Source: Candidatus Krumholzibacteriia bacterium (GTDB taxonomy: Bacteria; Krumholzibacteriota; Krumholzibacteriia; LZORAL124-64-63). Taken from it: a DNA stretch of 32,145 bases. Below are positions 1 through 9,475 of the stretch, piece by piece. The notes below the pieces were generated by a model. That model ran no database searches, was not told the DNA's origin, and saw only the letters and a program-made list of their open reading frames with translations. The position numbers were made by a program, and so were the translations under genes. Location: assembly GCA_036351155.1 (NCBI GenBank), contig JAZBOO010000247.1, forward strand, positions 1 through 32,145, written 5' to 3'. Each line of letters opens with the position of its first letter. Position 1 is the stretch's first letter.

Positions 1-573
1 GGTTTCCGTTTCAGGCACGCGCTGCACCCGGTGCACGCCGCTTTCCCAGCGCAGGATACCGAAGGCGCCTTCGCCTTTCACCGCGTAGCTGACTTCCTTG
101 AAGCCGCCGGCGGTGCCCTCCGTCAGGTCGATCATCTCCGTCTTCCAGCCCTGCTTTTCGGCGTAGCGCATGTACATTCGGGCCACTTCCTCGGCAAAGA
201 GGGCCGCCTCGTCCCCGCCGGTTCCCGCCCGGATTTCCAGGATGGCATCGCGATCGTCGTTGGGATCGTGGGGCAGCAGAGCGGTTTCCAGCTTGGCCTC
301 GGCCTTTTCCAGAGCGGGCTCCAGCGTTTCCAGTTCTTCCCGGATCATGTCCAGCATGTCCGGATCCTTCTCCGTCTTCAGGAGCTCGTGGCTGTCGGCC
401 ACCTGCTGGGTCAGGCTCAGCCACTTCTCACCAATGGCCAGCTGCTTGCGCACCCGGGCATGATCGCGCGACAGGCGTCGATAGTTGTCCTGATCCTTCA
501 AGGCGTCGGGACTGGACAGCTCCGCCGTCAGTTCCTCGTACTTGCGGCGCAATGTCAGAACATTGTCTTTCAC
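1..573 (-). CDS. prfA: Peptide chain release factor 1, N-terminal part (runs off the window edge; not in the ORF track)
   Basis: Manual translation from GTG at 573: [15 protein letters not shown]...[27 protein letters not shown]...[18 protein letters not shown], which contains the RF1 motifs. The start overlaps the stop of the upstream gene (GTGA). rho-rpmE-prfA context. Confidence 0.96.
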   Translation of the reverse strand, partial: MKDNVLTLRRKYEELTAELSSPDALKDQDNYRRLSRDHARVRKQLAIGEKWLSLTQQVADSHELLKTEKDPDMLDMIREELETLEPALEKAEAKLETALLPHDPNDDRDAILEIRAGTGGDEAALFAEEVARMYMRYAEKQGWKTEMIDLTEGTAGGFKEVSYAVKGEGAFGILRWESGVHRVQRVPETET

Positions 574-1643
574 GCGGGGGCTCCCTCACCGGCAAGGCCG
601 TCGCCCTGCGGCATGCGGTCATCATCGTCATCGGTTTCGGGCATATCGTAGTACACCCGCTCCTTGAAGTCATCCGCTTCCGGTGTGAGCACGGCCTTCA
701 GGGCAGCCATGGCCACCGTCAGCTGGTCGTCGTCCGGGTTGCTGGTGGTGATCTTCTGCATCATCAGCCCGGGAAAAATGACCGGCTTGAGAATCCAGGC
801 CTTGCTGTACTTGCCCGACAGCTTGATGGCCTCGTAGGCCAGTCCCCCGATCAGGGGCACGAAGGCCAGGCGAGTCAGGCGGTCGGCAATGTCCTCGGGG
901 CGCCCCAGAAAGCTGAAAACCACGATGGAGATCAACATGACGAAGAACAGAAAGCTGGTGCCACAGCGGGGGTGCAGGGTGGTAAAATCCCGCGCGCCGG
1001 CGGCGGTCAGCGGCCGGGCATTTTCGAAGGCGTGGATCGACTTGTGCTCGGCGCCGTGGTACTCGAACACCCGGGCCATGTCCGGGAACTTGCTCACCGC
1101 CCACAGGTAGAGCACGAACATGGCCACGCGAATCACGCCGTCGACCATGTTCCAGACCACGCTACCTTCACCCTCGGCCACCACCAGGTCGGTCAGGATG
1201 ATGGGCAGATAGAAAAACAGGCCCATGCTGAGCGCAAAGCTGAAAACCACGGTACCCCACATCATCACCGTATCCCAGAAGGAGGCTTTCTTGCCCTCGA
1301 TGCGGTCCTCGCTGATGGCCTGGTCGGCCGAGAACATCAACGCATCGATGCCCAGCCCCATGGTCTCGATGAGGTGGACGCCTCCGCGCAGAACAGGAAT
1401 GTTCAGGAATTTCAGGCGCCGCACGATGCTGTTGAAGATCTTCTTGCGGATGACGATGCGACCGTCGGGCGTCCGGACCGCCATGGCCAGGTAGGAAGGG
1501 CTGCGCATCATCACGCCCTCGATCAGAGCCTGTCCGCCCACCGCCAGATCCATGGACCGGGCGTCGCCACAGGCCACGTTTGCTGTACCGCTGTCCGCTC
1601 CGCTGTCGAGATCCTCGGCGCGGGCATTTTCGTTGCTATTCAT
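570..1643 (-). CDS. DUF1385 family membrane protein (putative metal-dependent enzyme)
   Basis: Family motifs [29 protein letters not shown] and QKITT-x-PDD; hydrophobic segments; CAGGAG RBS; usual position between rpmE and prfA. Confidence 0.9.
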   Translation of the reverse strand: MNSNENARAEDLDSGADSGTANVACGDARSMDLAVGGQALIEGVMMRSPSYLAMAVRTPDGRIVIRKKIFNSIVRRLKFLNIPVLRGGVHLIETMGLGIDALMFSADQAISEDRIEGKKASFWDTVMMWGTVVFSFALSMGLFFYLPIILTDLVVAEGEGSVVWNMVDGVIRVAMFVLYLWAVSKFPDMARVFEYHGAEHKSIHAFENARPLTAAGARDFTTLHPRCGTSFLFFVMLISIVVFSFLGRPEDIADRLTRLAFVPLIGGLAYEAIKLSGKYSKAWILKPVIFPGLMMQKITTSNPDDDQLTVAMAALKAVLTPEADDFKERVYYDMPETDDDDDRMPQGDGLAGEGAPA

Positions 1644-1694
1644 GTTCGACTCCTGTGGTCAGGATCCGGCAGCGTCCACCGCAACCACCGGGTG

Positions 1695-1731
1695 AAAAAA
1701 GAAGGCGCCGGGGAATCACCCAGCACCTTCT
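1695..1731 (-). terminator. Intrinsic terminator after rpmE
   Basis: Minus strand AGAAGGTGCTGGG-loop-CCCGGCGCCTTCT followed by a T run. Confidence 0.8.
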
Positions 1732-1789
1732 GCAGGTCCATATTACGGCCTTGGCCGTCCCGGTACCCCTACAACCGGCCACCAGCGGC

Positions 1790-2005
1790 CTACTTCTTGT
1801 TGTAGTTGGCTTTCTCGTAACGCTTGCGGAAGCGCTCGACGCGTCCGGCGGTATCCACAATCTTCTGCTGACCCGTGAAGAACGGATGGCAGTTGGAGCA
1901 GATTTCCACGTTCAGCTTTTGCTTGGTCGACCGGGTATGAATCACATTGCCGCACAGACAGGTGATCTCGCAGTCCACATACTTGGGATGGATGTCGCTC
2001 TTCAT
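1790..2005 (-). CDS. rpmE: 50S ribosomal protein L31, zinc-binding (C+) type
   Basis: MKSDIHPKY...CLCGN...[12 protein letters not shown]...[13 protein letters not shown]; CxC and CxxC are intact. Confidence 0.98.
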   Translation of the reverse strand: MKSDIHPKYVDCEITCLCGNVIHTRSTKQKLNVEICSNCHPFFTGQQKIVDTAGRVERFRKRYEKANYNKK

Positions 2006-2138
2006 TTTTCTCGCCGCCTCTTTCCTTGCTCCTGTTGGTCAGGTGAGGGCAAAAAGAAATAAGGAAATGCCCCCAAGGCAAGGATATTTTTTCGCCTTCC
2101 TCGCCGGTACCTCAAAAATAATATTTTCTGGTCAAAAA

Positions 2139-3386
2139 TCAAGCATTCATGGCCCCCAAGAACTGGGCATTGTCCTTGGTCTTGCCCAGCTTGGTGATCA
2201 GGAACTCCATGGCTTCGATGGGATTGTAGTCGCTCAGGTACTTGCGCAGCACCCAGATCTTGGCCAGATCCTTCCCCTCGATCAGCAGATCTTCCTTGCG
2301 CGTGCCCGACTTGAAGATGTCGATGGCAGGGTACACCCGGCGATCGGCGATCTTGCGGTCCAGGACCAGCTCCATGTTGCCGGTCCCCTTGAACTCCTCG
2401 AAAATCACCTCGTCCATGCGGCTGCCGGTTTCGATCAGGGCCGTGGCGATGATCGTCAACGATCCGCCGTCCTCGATGTTCCGCGCCGCGCCGAAGAACC
2501 GCTTGGGCTTCTGCAGGGCGTTGCTGTCCACACCACCGGACAGAATCTTGCCGGAATGGGGCACCACGGCGTTGTGGGCCCGGGCCAGGCGGGTGATCGA
2601 GTCCAGCAAGATCACCACATCCATGCCGTTTTCCACCAGGCGCCGCGACTTGGCCAGCACCATGTTGGCCACCTGGACGTGACGCTCGGCGGGCTCATCG
2701 AAGGTCGAGCTGACCACTTCTCCATCCACACTGCGGGCCATGTCGGTCACTTCTTCGGGCCGCTCATCGATCAACAGCACGATCAGGTGGACCTCGGGAT
2801 GATTGTCCGAGATCGCATTGGCAATCTGCTGGAGAATCATGGTCTTTCCGGCACGGGGCGGCGACACGATCAACCCACGCTGCCCCTTGCCGATGGGGCA
2901 CAGCAGGTTGATCAGGCGGGTGGTCATGTTCTTGGGTTTGTGCTCGAGGTTGAGGATCTCGTCGGGGTACAGCGGGGTCAGGTTGTCGAACAGCGTGACC
3001 TTCTTGGCCGTGTCGGGATCCTTGTAGTTCACCGATTCGACCTTCAACAGGGCGAAATACCGCTCGTTGTCCTTGGGCGGACGCACCTGGCCGGCCACGG
3101 TGTCGCCGGTCTTCAGGTCGAATTTCTTGATCTGGGAAGGGGAGAGGTAGATATCGTCCGGGCCGGGCAGGTAGTTGTACTTGGCCGCACGCAGGAAGCC
3201 ATAGCCTTCGGCCAGCACCTGGAGCACCCCTTCGGCGTAAATCAGTCCGTTCTTCTCCGTCTGGCCTTCCAGAATCTTGAAGATGAGCTCTGATTTACGA
3301 AGGGTGCTGACGGCCTCGATGTTCATATCGCGGGCCATCTCGACCAGTTCGTGCACATTCATTTCCTGCAGTGTCTTGATATCCAT
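2139..3386 (-). CDS. rho: Transcription termination factor Rho (compact 415 aa, no N-terminal insertion)
   Basis: [34 protein letters not shown] (P-loop), [33 protein letters not shown]. Confidence 0.99.
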   Translation of the reverse strand: MDIKTLQEMNVHELVEMARDMNIEAVSTLRKSELIFKILEGQTEKNGLIYAEGVLQVLAEGYGFLRAAKYNYLPGPDDIYLSPSQIKKFDLKTGDTVAGQVRPPKDNERYFALLKVESVNYKDPDTAKKVTLFDNLTPLYPDEILNLEHKPKNMTTRLINLLCPIGKGQRGLIVSPPRAGKTMILQQIANAISDNHPEVHLIVLLIDERPEEVTDMARSVDGEVVSSTFDEPAERHVQVANMVLAKSRRLVENGMDVVILLDSITRLARAHNAVVPHSGKILSGGVDSNALQKPKRFFGAARNIEDGGSLTIIATALIETGSRMDEVIFEEFKGTGNMELVLDRKIADRRVYPAIDIFKSGTRKEDLLIEGKDLAKIWVLRKYLSDYNPIEAMEFLITKLGKTKDNAQFLGAMNA

Positions 3387-3610
3387 TTTTTCCTCGGCCT
3401 GATGGTTGGTGCTGACGGTATCGGGTGGTCACATTTCAGGGATTGACGGGAGTTCTCTGGAGTGTGGATCTGGCAGAACGGCAACCGAAAGGTTACGCCG
3501 GATGTTATCCGGGGATCACATGGACGGTGCGCGCCCAGCCAGGCTTTACGTGAAAGGTATGAAAATCCCTAGAGGTTCAATGCGCTCGCGGGTCGCGAGG
3601 CAACAGCCAC

Positions 3611-3640
3611 ATATTAGCACAATATGCGCCAAAAGGTGAA
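3611..3640 (-). promoter_or_regulatory. Putative sigma70 promoter of rho (extended -10)
   Basis: Minus strand TTCACC-N18-TAATAT with TG-n directly before the -10 (TGcTAATAT). Predicts a ~215-nt leader. Confidence 0.5.
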
Positions 3641-3691
3641 TCTTTTCTTTCTTTTCCGCAAGGGCCGGAATTTTCCGGAGCCACCCCCGGA

Positions 3692-4909
3692 CTAGGGGGT
3701 GTCTCCGGACAGTTCCTGATAGGTCTTGAAATTGGCATCAGACGCATTGAACTCGCCCACCTCGACCTGGGCCATGCTCAGGTAGAGGAAGCTCTCGGCT
3801 TCGGTGGGGAAGTTGGTGGTGGCCGCCAGGCCGATTTCCACCGCACGGCTGAAATTGGCCTTGGACCGAGCGTCCAGGTCCGCCTTGGCCACGGGATCGG
3901 TTTCCAGGGCCGCGTCGTCCTTCAGCTTCTTGCCGTACTTGTAGAAGGTCTTTTGCCGCAGCAGCATGGTCTGGAAGGTGGGGAACAGTTCCATGTTCGC
4001 CGCCCGGTCCAGGACCGAAAGGGCGTCATCGTAACGACCAATGGTGGTCACGCTGTACCAGCTGCCGGCCGCCAGCAGCATTTCCTTGTTCTGGTTGTCG
4101 TTGGCCGCATCGGTGTCGGCTTCGTTCAGATCGACGATGCGCACATAGAAGTCCGCCGCCCGGGCAAAATCTTCCTCATCGATGGCCAGGTTGGCGATGT
4201 CCATCAGCAGACCCGTGTCGTCGCCGTGCTCGGCCAGCAGGCTGTCGAAGATGGTCCCGGCCTCTTCATTGCGGCCCAGACCATTGAGGATGTTGGCCTT
4301 GTCGATCTGCAGGTTGTAGGCCTCGGGATTGGCGTCCAGAGCCTGCTGCACCAGCACCAGGGCCTCGTTCAGCAGGGCGGATTTCTTTTCCTCGTCGGCC
4401 GATTCGTTGGACATCTGCATCTTCATGCGGGCGATGTTCTTGACGGGCGTCAACGAGTCCGGCAAGGCCGCATAGGCCAGCCGCAGATGACCCTCGGCCT
4501 GCTCGTAGTAGCCCTCTTCCCAGTCCAGGCTGGCCTGGCGCAGCCGGTTGCTGTAGTTGTACTTCAGCGAACGGCTCACTTCCCGGGTCCATTCATCGGG
4601 ATTCAGGGCCTGGGCCTTCATGTAGGCGTCGTAGGCCAGTTCGTAGTTCTTCATGGCCTCGGGATAGTTGTCGCCCTCCACGGCCTCTTCGGCCAGGTGG
4701 CTATAGGCTTCACCCAGGTAGTAGTAGGCGTCCGGCTCATCGTCCTGGAACTGGAAACCCTCGTGGATGACCTGCACGGCCTTGTCGTAGTTCTGCTCGT
4801 CGATGTAGAGGATGGCGCTGGTGGTGTGGGCGGATCGACAACCACCGATTCCAATCGCGGCGATCAGCAGCAACATACCGGCCAACAGGATGAAACGCAC
4901 TCTGGTCAT
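3692..4909 (-). CDS. TPR-repeat lipoprotein
   Basis: Basic N-terminus, hydrophobic core and lipobox-like IGGC; repeated TPR-like helices (AYYYLGEAY, ALDANPEAY, AESFLYLSMAQ). Confidence 0.8.
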   Translation of the reverse strand: MTRVRFILLAGMLLLIAAIGIGGCRSAHTTSAILYIDEQNYDKAVQVIHEGFQFQDDEPDAYYYLGEAYSHLAEEAVEGDNYPEAMKNYELAYDAYMKAQALNPDEWTREVSRSLKYNYSNRLRQASLDWEEGYYEQAEGHLRLAYAALPDSLTPVKNIARMKMQMSNESADEEKKSALLNEALVLVQQALDANPEAYNLQIDKANILNGLGRNEEAGTIFDSLLAEHGDDTGLLMDIANLAIDEEDFARAADFYVRIVDLNEADTDAANDNQNKEMLLAAGSWYSVTTIGRYDDALSVLDRAANMELFPTFQTMLLRQKTFYKYGKKLKDDAALETDPVAKADLDARSKANFSRAVEIGLAATTNFPTEAESFLYLSMAQVEVGEFNASDANFKTYQELSGDTP

Positions 4910-5126
4910 GAAGACAACCCCTCGGAACAGTAACTGGAACTCTCAGGATCGGAACGCATTCCGGACGCGACAACCACGACGGGCCCCAGGGCCCTGGAAT
5001 GGATGGGGAAAGGCTGGAGTGCTTGCAGCACCCGGAAAACAAGCCGTGGGGCGGTCAAAAAACCGCCTCTCCGCCTGTAATAGATAAGAAATCGCCCACC
5101 TTGATGTCAACCTGGATTATCAGGAA

Positions 5127-5744
5127 TCAACGGGACTCCTGAGGCGGACCCGAGGGTCGATTCTTGGAACGGCGGCCCGACCGGTGCTCTCTGCCCGGTC
5201 CGCTGTCCCTCATGACCGGCAAAAGCCTCAGATATCCTGTTCTCTGGGCCGGTTCCAGAATGTCCATTTCCTTCAGGAGGGCCTCGGTGATCAGAGAGTC
5301 GAACCGAGCCTGCTGGATTCCCACGGTCCGAATGGCGGTCCGCACACTGTCCGGATCCACCTCGGACTGGAAAATGATCCCGTGCAAGCGGTTCCGGGCG
5401 GCCTCCAGCTGAACACGCTGGTCCACAAATCGTGGAAAATTGGCCTCCTGGGACCTGTGCAGGAACTGGACCTGTTCCGGAGTCAGATCCAGCCGTTCGG
5501 CCATACGATCCAGACGACGGGACATGATCCCTCGCCAGGCGCTGGTGTCTCCCTGATCGGTGGGAAAGCGCTCCCGCAGCCCTTGCTCACCTTCCCGGTG
5601 CGTGAAATTGCCCCTGCGTCCAGACCATCTCTCGGTGCGCTCCTCCCGGGGGCCTGTCTCGGTGGCTTTCCAGAGCCGCAAACCCAGCCCCAGATTCAGG
5701 CCCAGGGAAATCAAGAGAACCAGCCAACCCATCCTGCGCATCAT
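5127..5744 (-). CDS. Periplasmic heavy-metal sensor / Spy-CpxP-CnrX-like protein
   Basis: N-terminal TM LLISLGLNLGLGL; LDLTPEQ and LEPAQR (LTxxQ-like) motifs; ATGA-coupled to the anti-sigma gene. Confidence 0.75.
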   Translation of the reverse strand: MMRRMGWLVLLISLGLNLGLGLRLWKATETGPREERTERWSGRRGNFTHREGEQGLRERFPTDQGDTSAWRGIMSRRLDRMAERLDLTPEQVQFLHRSQEANFPRFVDQRVQLEAARNRLHGIIFQSEVDPDSVRTAIRTVGIQQARFDSLITEALLKEMDILEPAQRTGYLRLLPVMRDSGPGREHRSGRRSKNRPSGPPQESR

Positions 5745-6229
5745 GACCCCTCCTGGCCGGTGGTCTCTGTCTCAGTCTCACCTGCGGTCAACCAGTCCGA
5801 CTGCAGGTCGGTGAACCCTCCGGCCCAGGACGATCCGGTGAGCCACAGCGATTCCACACTGGTGTCGGCGGTGTCCAGCGCTTCGGCCTCGCCGCCGATC
5901 TGTCCCTGATCACCGGGAAAGAACACACCCAGGACCAGGCCGGCGGCCACCGCGGCCACCGCCAGTGAAGATTGCGCCAGACGGCCCTGTCCGAAAAACC
6001 AGGCGGGTCGCTCGGCCCGCCCCACGGTGCGGCTCCTGATGGCCGGCCAGAGACTGGGACCATCGGGGGACACAGCACCCGCTTCGAGGCTTTCCCAGAG
6101 AACCCGGGCTTCGGCGGCCTCGGCGGCACAGGCGGCGCAGCTCTCCAGGTGATCTTCCAGGGCCCGCGATTCGGCCCGGGGCAGCTCACCCGAAAGCCAG
6201 TTCTGGATTTGCCCGGTGACGTGTTTCAT
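5741..6229 (-). CDS. Zinc-finger (ZAS/zf-HC2) anti-sigma factor, single TM
   Basis: HLESCAAC is HxxxCxxC; one TM segment (LAVAAVAAGLVLGVFF); ATGA overlap with the sigma gene. Confidence 0.85.
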   Translation of the reverse strand: MKHVTGQIQNWLSGELPRAESRALEDHLESCAACAAEAAEARVLWESLEAGAVSPDGPSLWPAIRSRTVGRAERPAWFFGQGRLAQSSLAVAAVAAGLVLGVFFPGDQGQIGGEAEALDTADTSVESLWLTGSSWAGGFTDLQSDWLTAGETETETTGQEGS

Positions 6230-6786
6230 GACATCTCAACCTTTCCGGCCAGTTCTATCTTGAGGCCGGCCATGGCCCGCTGGATCAAGGACTCGACCCC
6301 CGGAACGGTGGTCTCCATGACCTCGGCCACTTCCTTGTATTTCAGACCCTGAAATCGATGCAAGGCCAGGGCCTGACGTTGCCGCTCGGGCAACCGATGA
6401 AGGGCTTCCTGAATGCGTGCCGAGGTCTGGATTTCTTCCAGGTGTTCCTCCGGCCCGGGCTGCCCACCTGAGCGGTCGTGCAGTTCCGGCTGGAACCTGA
6501 CCCAGCCCAGGATCTTGCGCCGCCGCAATCGACTTCGTGCCCGGTTGCCGGCCATGCGGAACAGCCAGCTCTGAAACTTGCCCTCCGGACGATACCTTCC
6601 GGCCTGGCGAAAAACCTGAACGAAGGTGTCCTGGGCCAGGTCTTCCGCTTCCTCCACCGACCCTAGCATCTGGGTCAGGAACGCCTTGATCTGGGCTTCC
6701 CAGCGCTGGACGAGGAGACGGAATGCCGCCTCCTCGCCCTGGGCCGTCCTGGCCATGAGGGAATCGTCGTCGAGGTTCCTGTTCAC
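6226..6786 (-). CDS. ECF RNA polymerase sigma factor
   Basis: Region 2 (EAEDLAQDTF, FQSWLFRMAGN) and region 4 (LPERQRQALAL...GLKYKEVAEVM...VESLIQRA). Confidence 0.95.
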   Translation of the reverse strand: MNRNLDDDSLMARTAQGEEAAFRLLVQRWEAQIKAFLTQMLGSVEEAEDLAQDTFVQVFRQAGRYRPEGKFQSWLFRMAGNRARSRLRRRKILGWVRFQPELHDRSGGQPGPEEHLEEIQTSARIQEALHRLPERQRQALALHRFQGLKYKEVAEVMETTVPGVESLIQRAMAGLKIELAGKVEMS

Positions 6787-6810
6787 CGCGGGTTACCCTC
6801 ATCACACCGG

Positions 6811-7398
6811 TTAGTCTTCATCCTGTGAACCGGAGGCATCATTGTCCCGGTTGTCTCGATTCTGGCAAGGAAAGCCGCACCGGCCCATGCGCTCCTGTCG
6901 GTCCCCGCCACCACGATGCCCTCTCATCTCGGAGCCGCGATGGCCACCCTTGCGTCCCTTGGCGCCCATGACCAGCATCTTGTCCACCTGCTCGGGTGTC
7001 AACTGTTCCCTGACCTTCAAGCGGGTGCTCAGCCGGTTGGCCTTCATCTCGGTTTTCAGGTCACCCATCTTCTTGTTGAGCTGCAGCACCGCCTTCTCCG
7101 AGGGCTGGTCCTTGAGCATCTCGCCCTTCAGTTCATTGCGCAGTTGCTGCAGCTGGCGGCGGATTTCCAGGCCGTCCTTGCGGCTGGCCTCGGTGATGGC
7201 CTCGATCTTGGCCACCTGATCGTCGGTCAGGTCCAGGCGCTTGGCCAGCATCTCCACCCGGGGTCCTTCCCCGCGGGAGAACCGGCCCTTGCCGTTACCA
7301 TTTTTCTGGGCCAGAGCGGTCCCGCCCAGCATCAGGGTGAAGGCCAGGAGGCCAACGGCCAGGATCAGGCGAGTGTGACGTGTGGGATTGTTCTTCAT
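6811..7398 (-). CDS. Spy/CpxP family periplasmic chaperone
   Basis: Start reassigned to ATG 7398, 8 nt after AAGGAG. Signal peptide ending ALA; LDLTDDQ and LTPEQ motifs; Gly/Arg/His/Met-rich tails. Confidence 0.85.
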   Translation of the reverse strand: MKNNPTRHTRLILAVGLLAFTLMLGGTALAQKNGNGKGRFSRGEGPRVEMLAKRLDLTDDQVAKIEAITEASRKDGLEIRRQLQQLRNELKGEMLKDQPSEKAVLQLNKKMGDLKTEMKANRLSTRLKVREQLTPEQVDKMLVMGAKGRKGGHRGSEMRGHRGGGDRQERMGRCGFPCQNRDNRDNDASGSQDED

Positions 7399-7504
7399 GG
7401 TCATGACTCCTTGGAAAAACCCGGGGTGCCCAGGTTGTGGATTGCTGCCCTGTTCAATCCACCAAACGCGGGGCTCGACCAAAACCAGCGGTATTTTTTG
7501 AAAT

Positions 7505-9475
7505 TTATCGGGTCAGCAGTTCGAGATTTTGCTGCAAGCCGGCATGACCGGGATCCACCGCCAGGCCCCGCCGGAAAGCCTCGACCGCTTCTTCCGGGTG
7601 TCCCGACCGGGCCAGAAGGACCCCCAGATCCAGATAGCCGCGTGGATCGGCAGGATGAAACTCCACCAGCTGACCGGCCGTGACCAGGGCTTGCTTGATG
7701 TTGCCGAAACCGGCCAGGAGTACCGTGGTGTTGTGCAGAGTTTCCGCGTCCCGGGGGTACTTGCGCAGGAGGGCCTGAGCCTGGGCCAGGGCATCGGAGC
7801 GCAGACCATCGGCCAGCAACAGACCCACCAGCTGGCGACGGATCTCGAGGTCCTGGTCCACCTGCAGCGAGGCCCTTTGCAGGACCTCACGAGCTTCACC
7901 GCGTCGATCCAGCGCCTCGAGTGTGACGGCCCATCCCACCCATGGCCCGGGACTGTCCGGCTGGTGTTCCACCGACTCCTGATACAGCAGGGCCGCCTGC
8001 TCCAGGTCCGCCCGGGAATTCTCTGCACGGCCCACCACGCTCCAGCGCTGGGCCTCGTTGGCCAGGACCAGGGGCCGCCATCGTTCTTTCACGGCCTGAA
8101 GATCCCAGGGAAAAACGATCAGGAGGGTCAGAGCACCGCCCAGCATCCAGGCCACCAGGATCCGCCGGTTCGTCGGCACCTTCGCCAGTAGATAGGCCAG
8201 CCCACCCCCTGCCAGAAGGCAGAGAAAGGGCACCAGCACCAGCCGGTAGCGCCCCACCACGAAGAACACGCTCTGGGCGGCCACCAGCAGCAGCAGGCCG
8301 GTCAGCCACCAGCCCATCGGTTTCATCTTTCGCCACGTGGCCAGAGCTCCGGCCATCGCCAGACACACGAGAATACCATAGGGAAGAAAGTGGGCATTCA
8401 GCAGGGGCACCTGTTGCCGCCAGCCCTCCTGGGGGGTCAGTTGATCCATGTCCCAGCCCTGAAGGAACAGCCAGAATTTCTTGGCCCACAGTCCCAGGAC
8501 CCGTTCGGGCGCTTGCCGCATGTGGGTCAGGGCCTCCTCGGTCCAGATGGCATCGGCCTGACTCAGGGTGACCGTGGATAGGCTCAGGCGCTGAGCCAGA
8601 AAACCACGGCCTGCGGGATCTCGGCGCCGATCACCACGCATGGGCTCCACGTAGAATCCGTTGGCCTGCGGGCCATTGCCGATGTACAGGTTCAGCCCCC
8701 CGTTCAGGGTGGGCCCCTTCAGGGTCTGTGCGCGCTGGGAGTTGTGCCAGGATCCAGGAGCCAAAGGCAGAAGCACCGCCAGAACCAGGACCAGCGTGGC
8801 CACGAGCCGGCGTCCCCTGCCCTCGGCACCGGTCCAGATCATGACCAGGGGCAACACAGCCAGCACCAGCACCGTACCCCGCAACAGGCCCGCCAGTCCA
8901 AGCACCACTCCGGTCAGCACGGGGAAAAGCCAGCTCCGTCGGGGACCCATCAGCAGGAAGAGAAACAGGGTGACCAGGAAGGTCAGGGGGATTTCCAGCA
9001 AGATGGTCATGGTGAAAATGGCAGCCGGACGATACAGAACAAAGAGCAACGAAGGCAGCCAGACCAGGTAGGGCAATGCCCGGCCCGCCATGACCGGGGG
9101 GGACAGCACGCGACGGGAAATCAGGAACAGCATCAGGACCGTGCCCAGCCAGCAGGCGACGTGCAACAGACGAATACCCCGCAACCGGGCAGGTGGAACC
9201 GGTTGGTCTTCCGCCGGCGAGACCGAGCTGCCGGACCAGGCGATCAGACGCGGATAGAGAGGGGAAACAAAATAGCCCTGGTCATCCGGGTCGGGATCCA
9301 CGGAGCGGTCCAGGTAAAAAACCTCGTCCAGGACGGGCACCCGGGCAAAGACGGTGCGTTCCGCTCTCGGCAACAGGATGGCCCACCACACGGCCAGCAG
9401 ACAGATGACGAGGGCGGAAATGATCAGGGCGTATCGGGCGGAGGCGGCCTTCTGTCCTGATCCCTCGATCATCAC
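7505..9475 (-). CDS. Multi-TM GT-C-like (ArnT/PMT-like) glycosyltransferase with C-terminal TPR repeats
   Basis: Many TM helices; acidic pair in the first loop (PVLDEVFY); GGLNLYIGNGPQANG motif; several C-terminal TPRs (GYLDLGVLLARSGHPEEAVEAFRRGLAVDP). Start is GTG 9475 or ATG 9472. Confidence 0.7.
   Translation of the reverse strand: MMIEGSGQKAASARYALIISALVICLLAVWWAILLPRAERTVFARVPVLDEVFYLDRSVDPDPDDQGYFVSPLYPRLIAWSGSSVSPAEDQPVPPARLRGIRLLHVACWLGTVLMLFLISRRVLSPPVMAGRALPYLVWLPSLLFVLYRPAAIFTMTILLEIPLTFLVTLFLFLLMGPRRSWLFPVLTGVVLGLAGLLRGTVLVLAVLPLVMIWTGAEGRGRRLVATLVLVLAVLLPLAPGSWHNSQRAQTLKGPTLNGGLNLYIGNGPQANGFYVEPMRGDRRRDPAGRGFLAQRLSLSTVTLSQADAIWTEEALTHMRQAPERVLGLWAKKFWLFLQGWDMDQLTPQEGWRQQVPLLNAHFLPYGILVCLAMAGALATWRKMKPMGWWLTGLLLLVAAQSVFFVVGRYRLVLVPFLCLLAGGGLAYLLAKVPTNRRILVAWMLGGALTLLIVFPWDLQAVKERWRPLVLANEAQRWSVVGRAENSRADLEQAALLYQESVEHQPDSPGPWVGWAVTLEALDRRGEAREVLQRASLQVDQDLEIRRQLVGLLLADGLRSDALAQAQALLRKYPRDAETLHNTTVLLAGFGNIKQALVTAGQLVEFHPADPRGYLDLGVLLARSGHPEEAVEAFRRGLAVDPGHAGLQQNLELLTR

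Noticed and set aside
3472..3505. GGCAACCGAAAGGTTACGCC, superficially like a c-di-GMP-I riboswitch P2 stem
   Set aside because: It is on the strand opposite rho, with no downstream gene in that direction, and it lacks the GCAAA/P3 elements.
5080..5110. Perfect TTGACA upstream of the TPR lipoprotein gene
   Set aside because: No convincing -10 at 16-18 nt spacing, so it was not listed as a feature.
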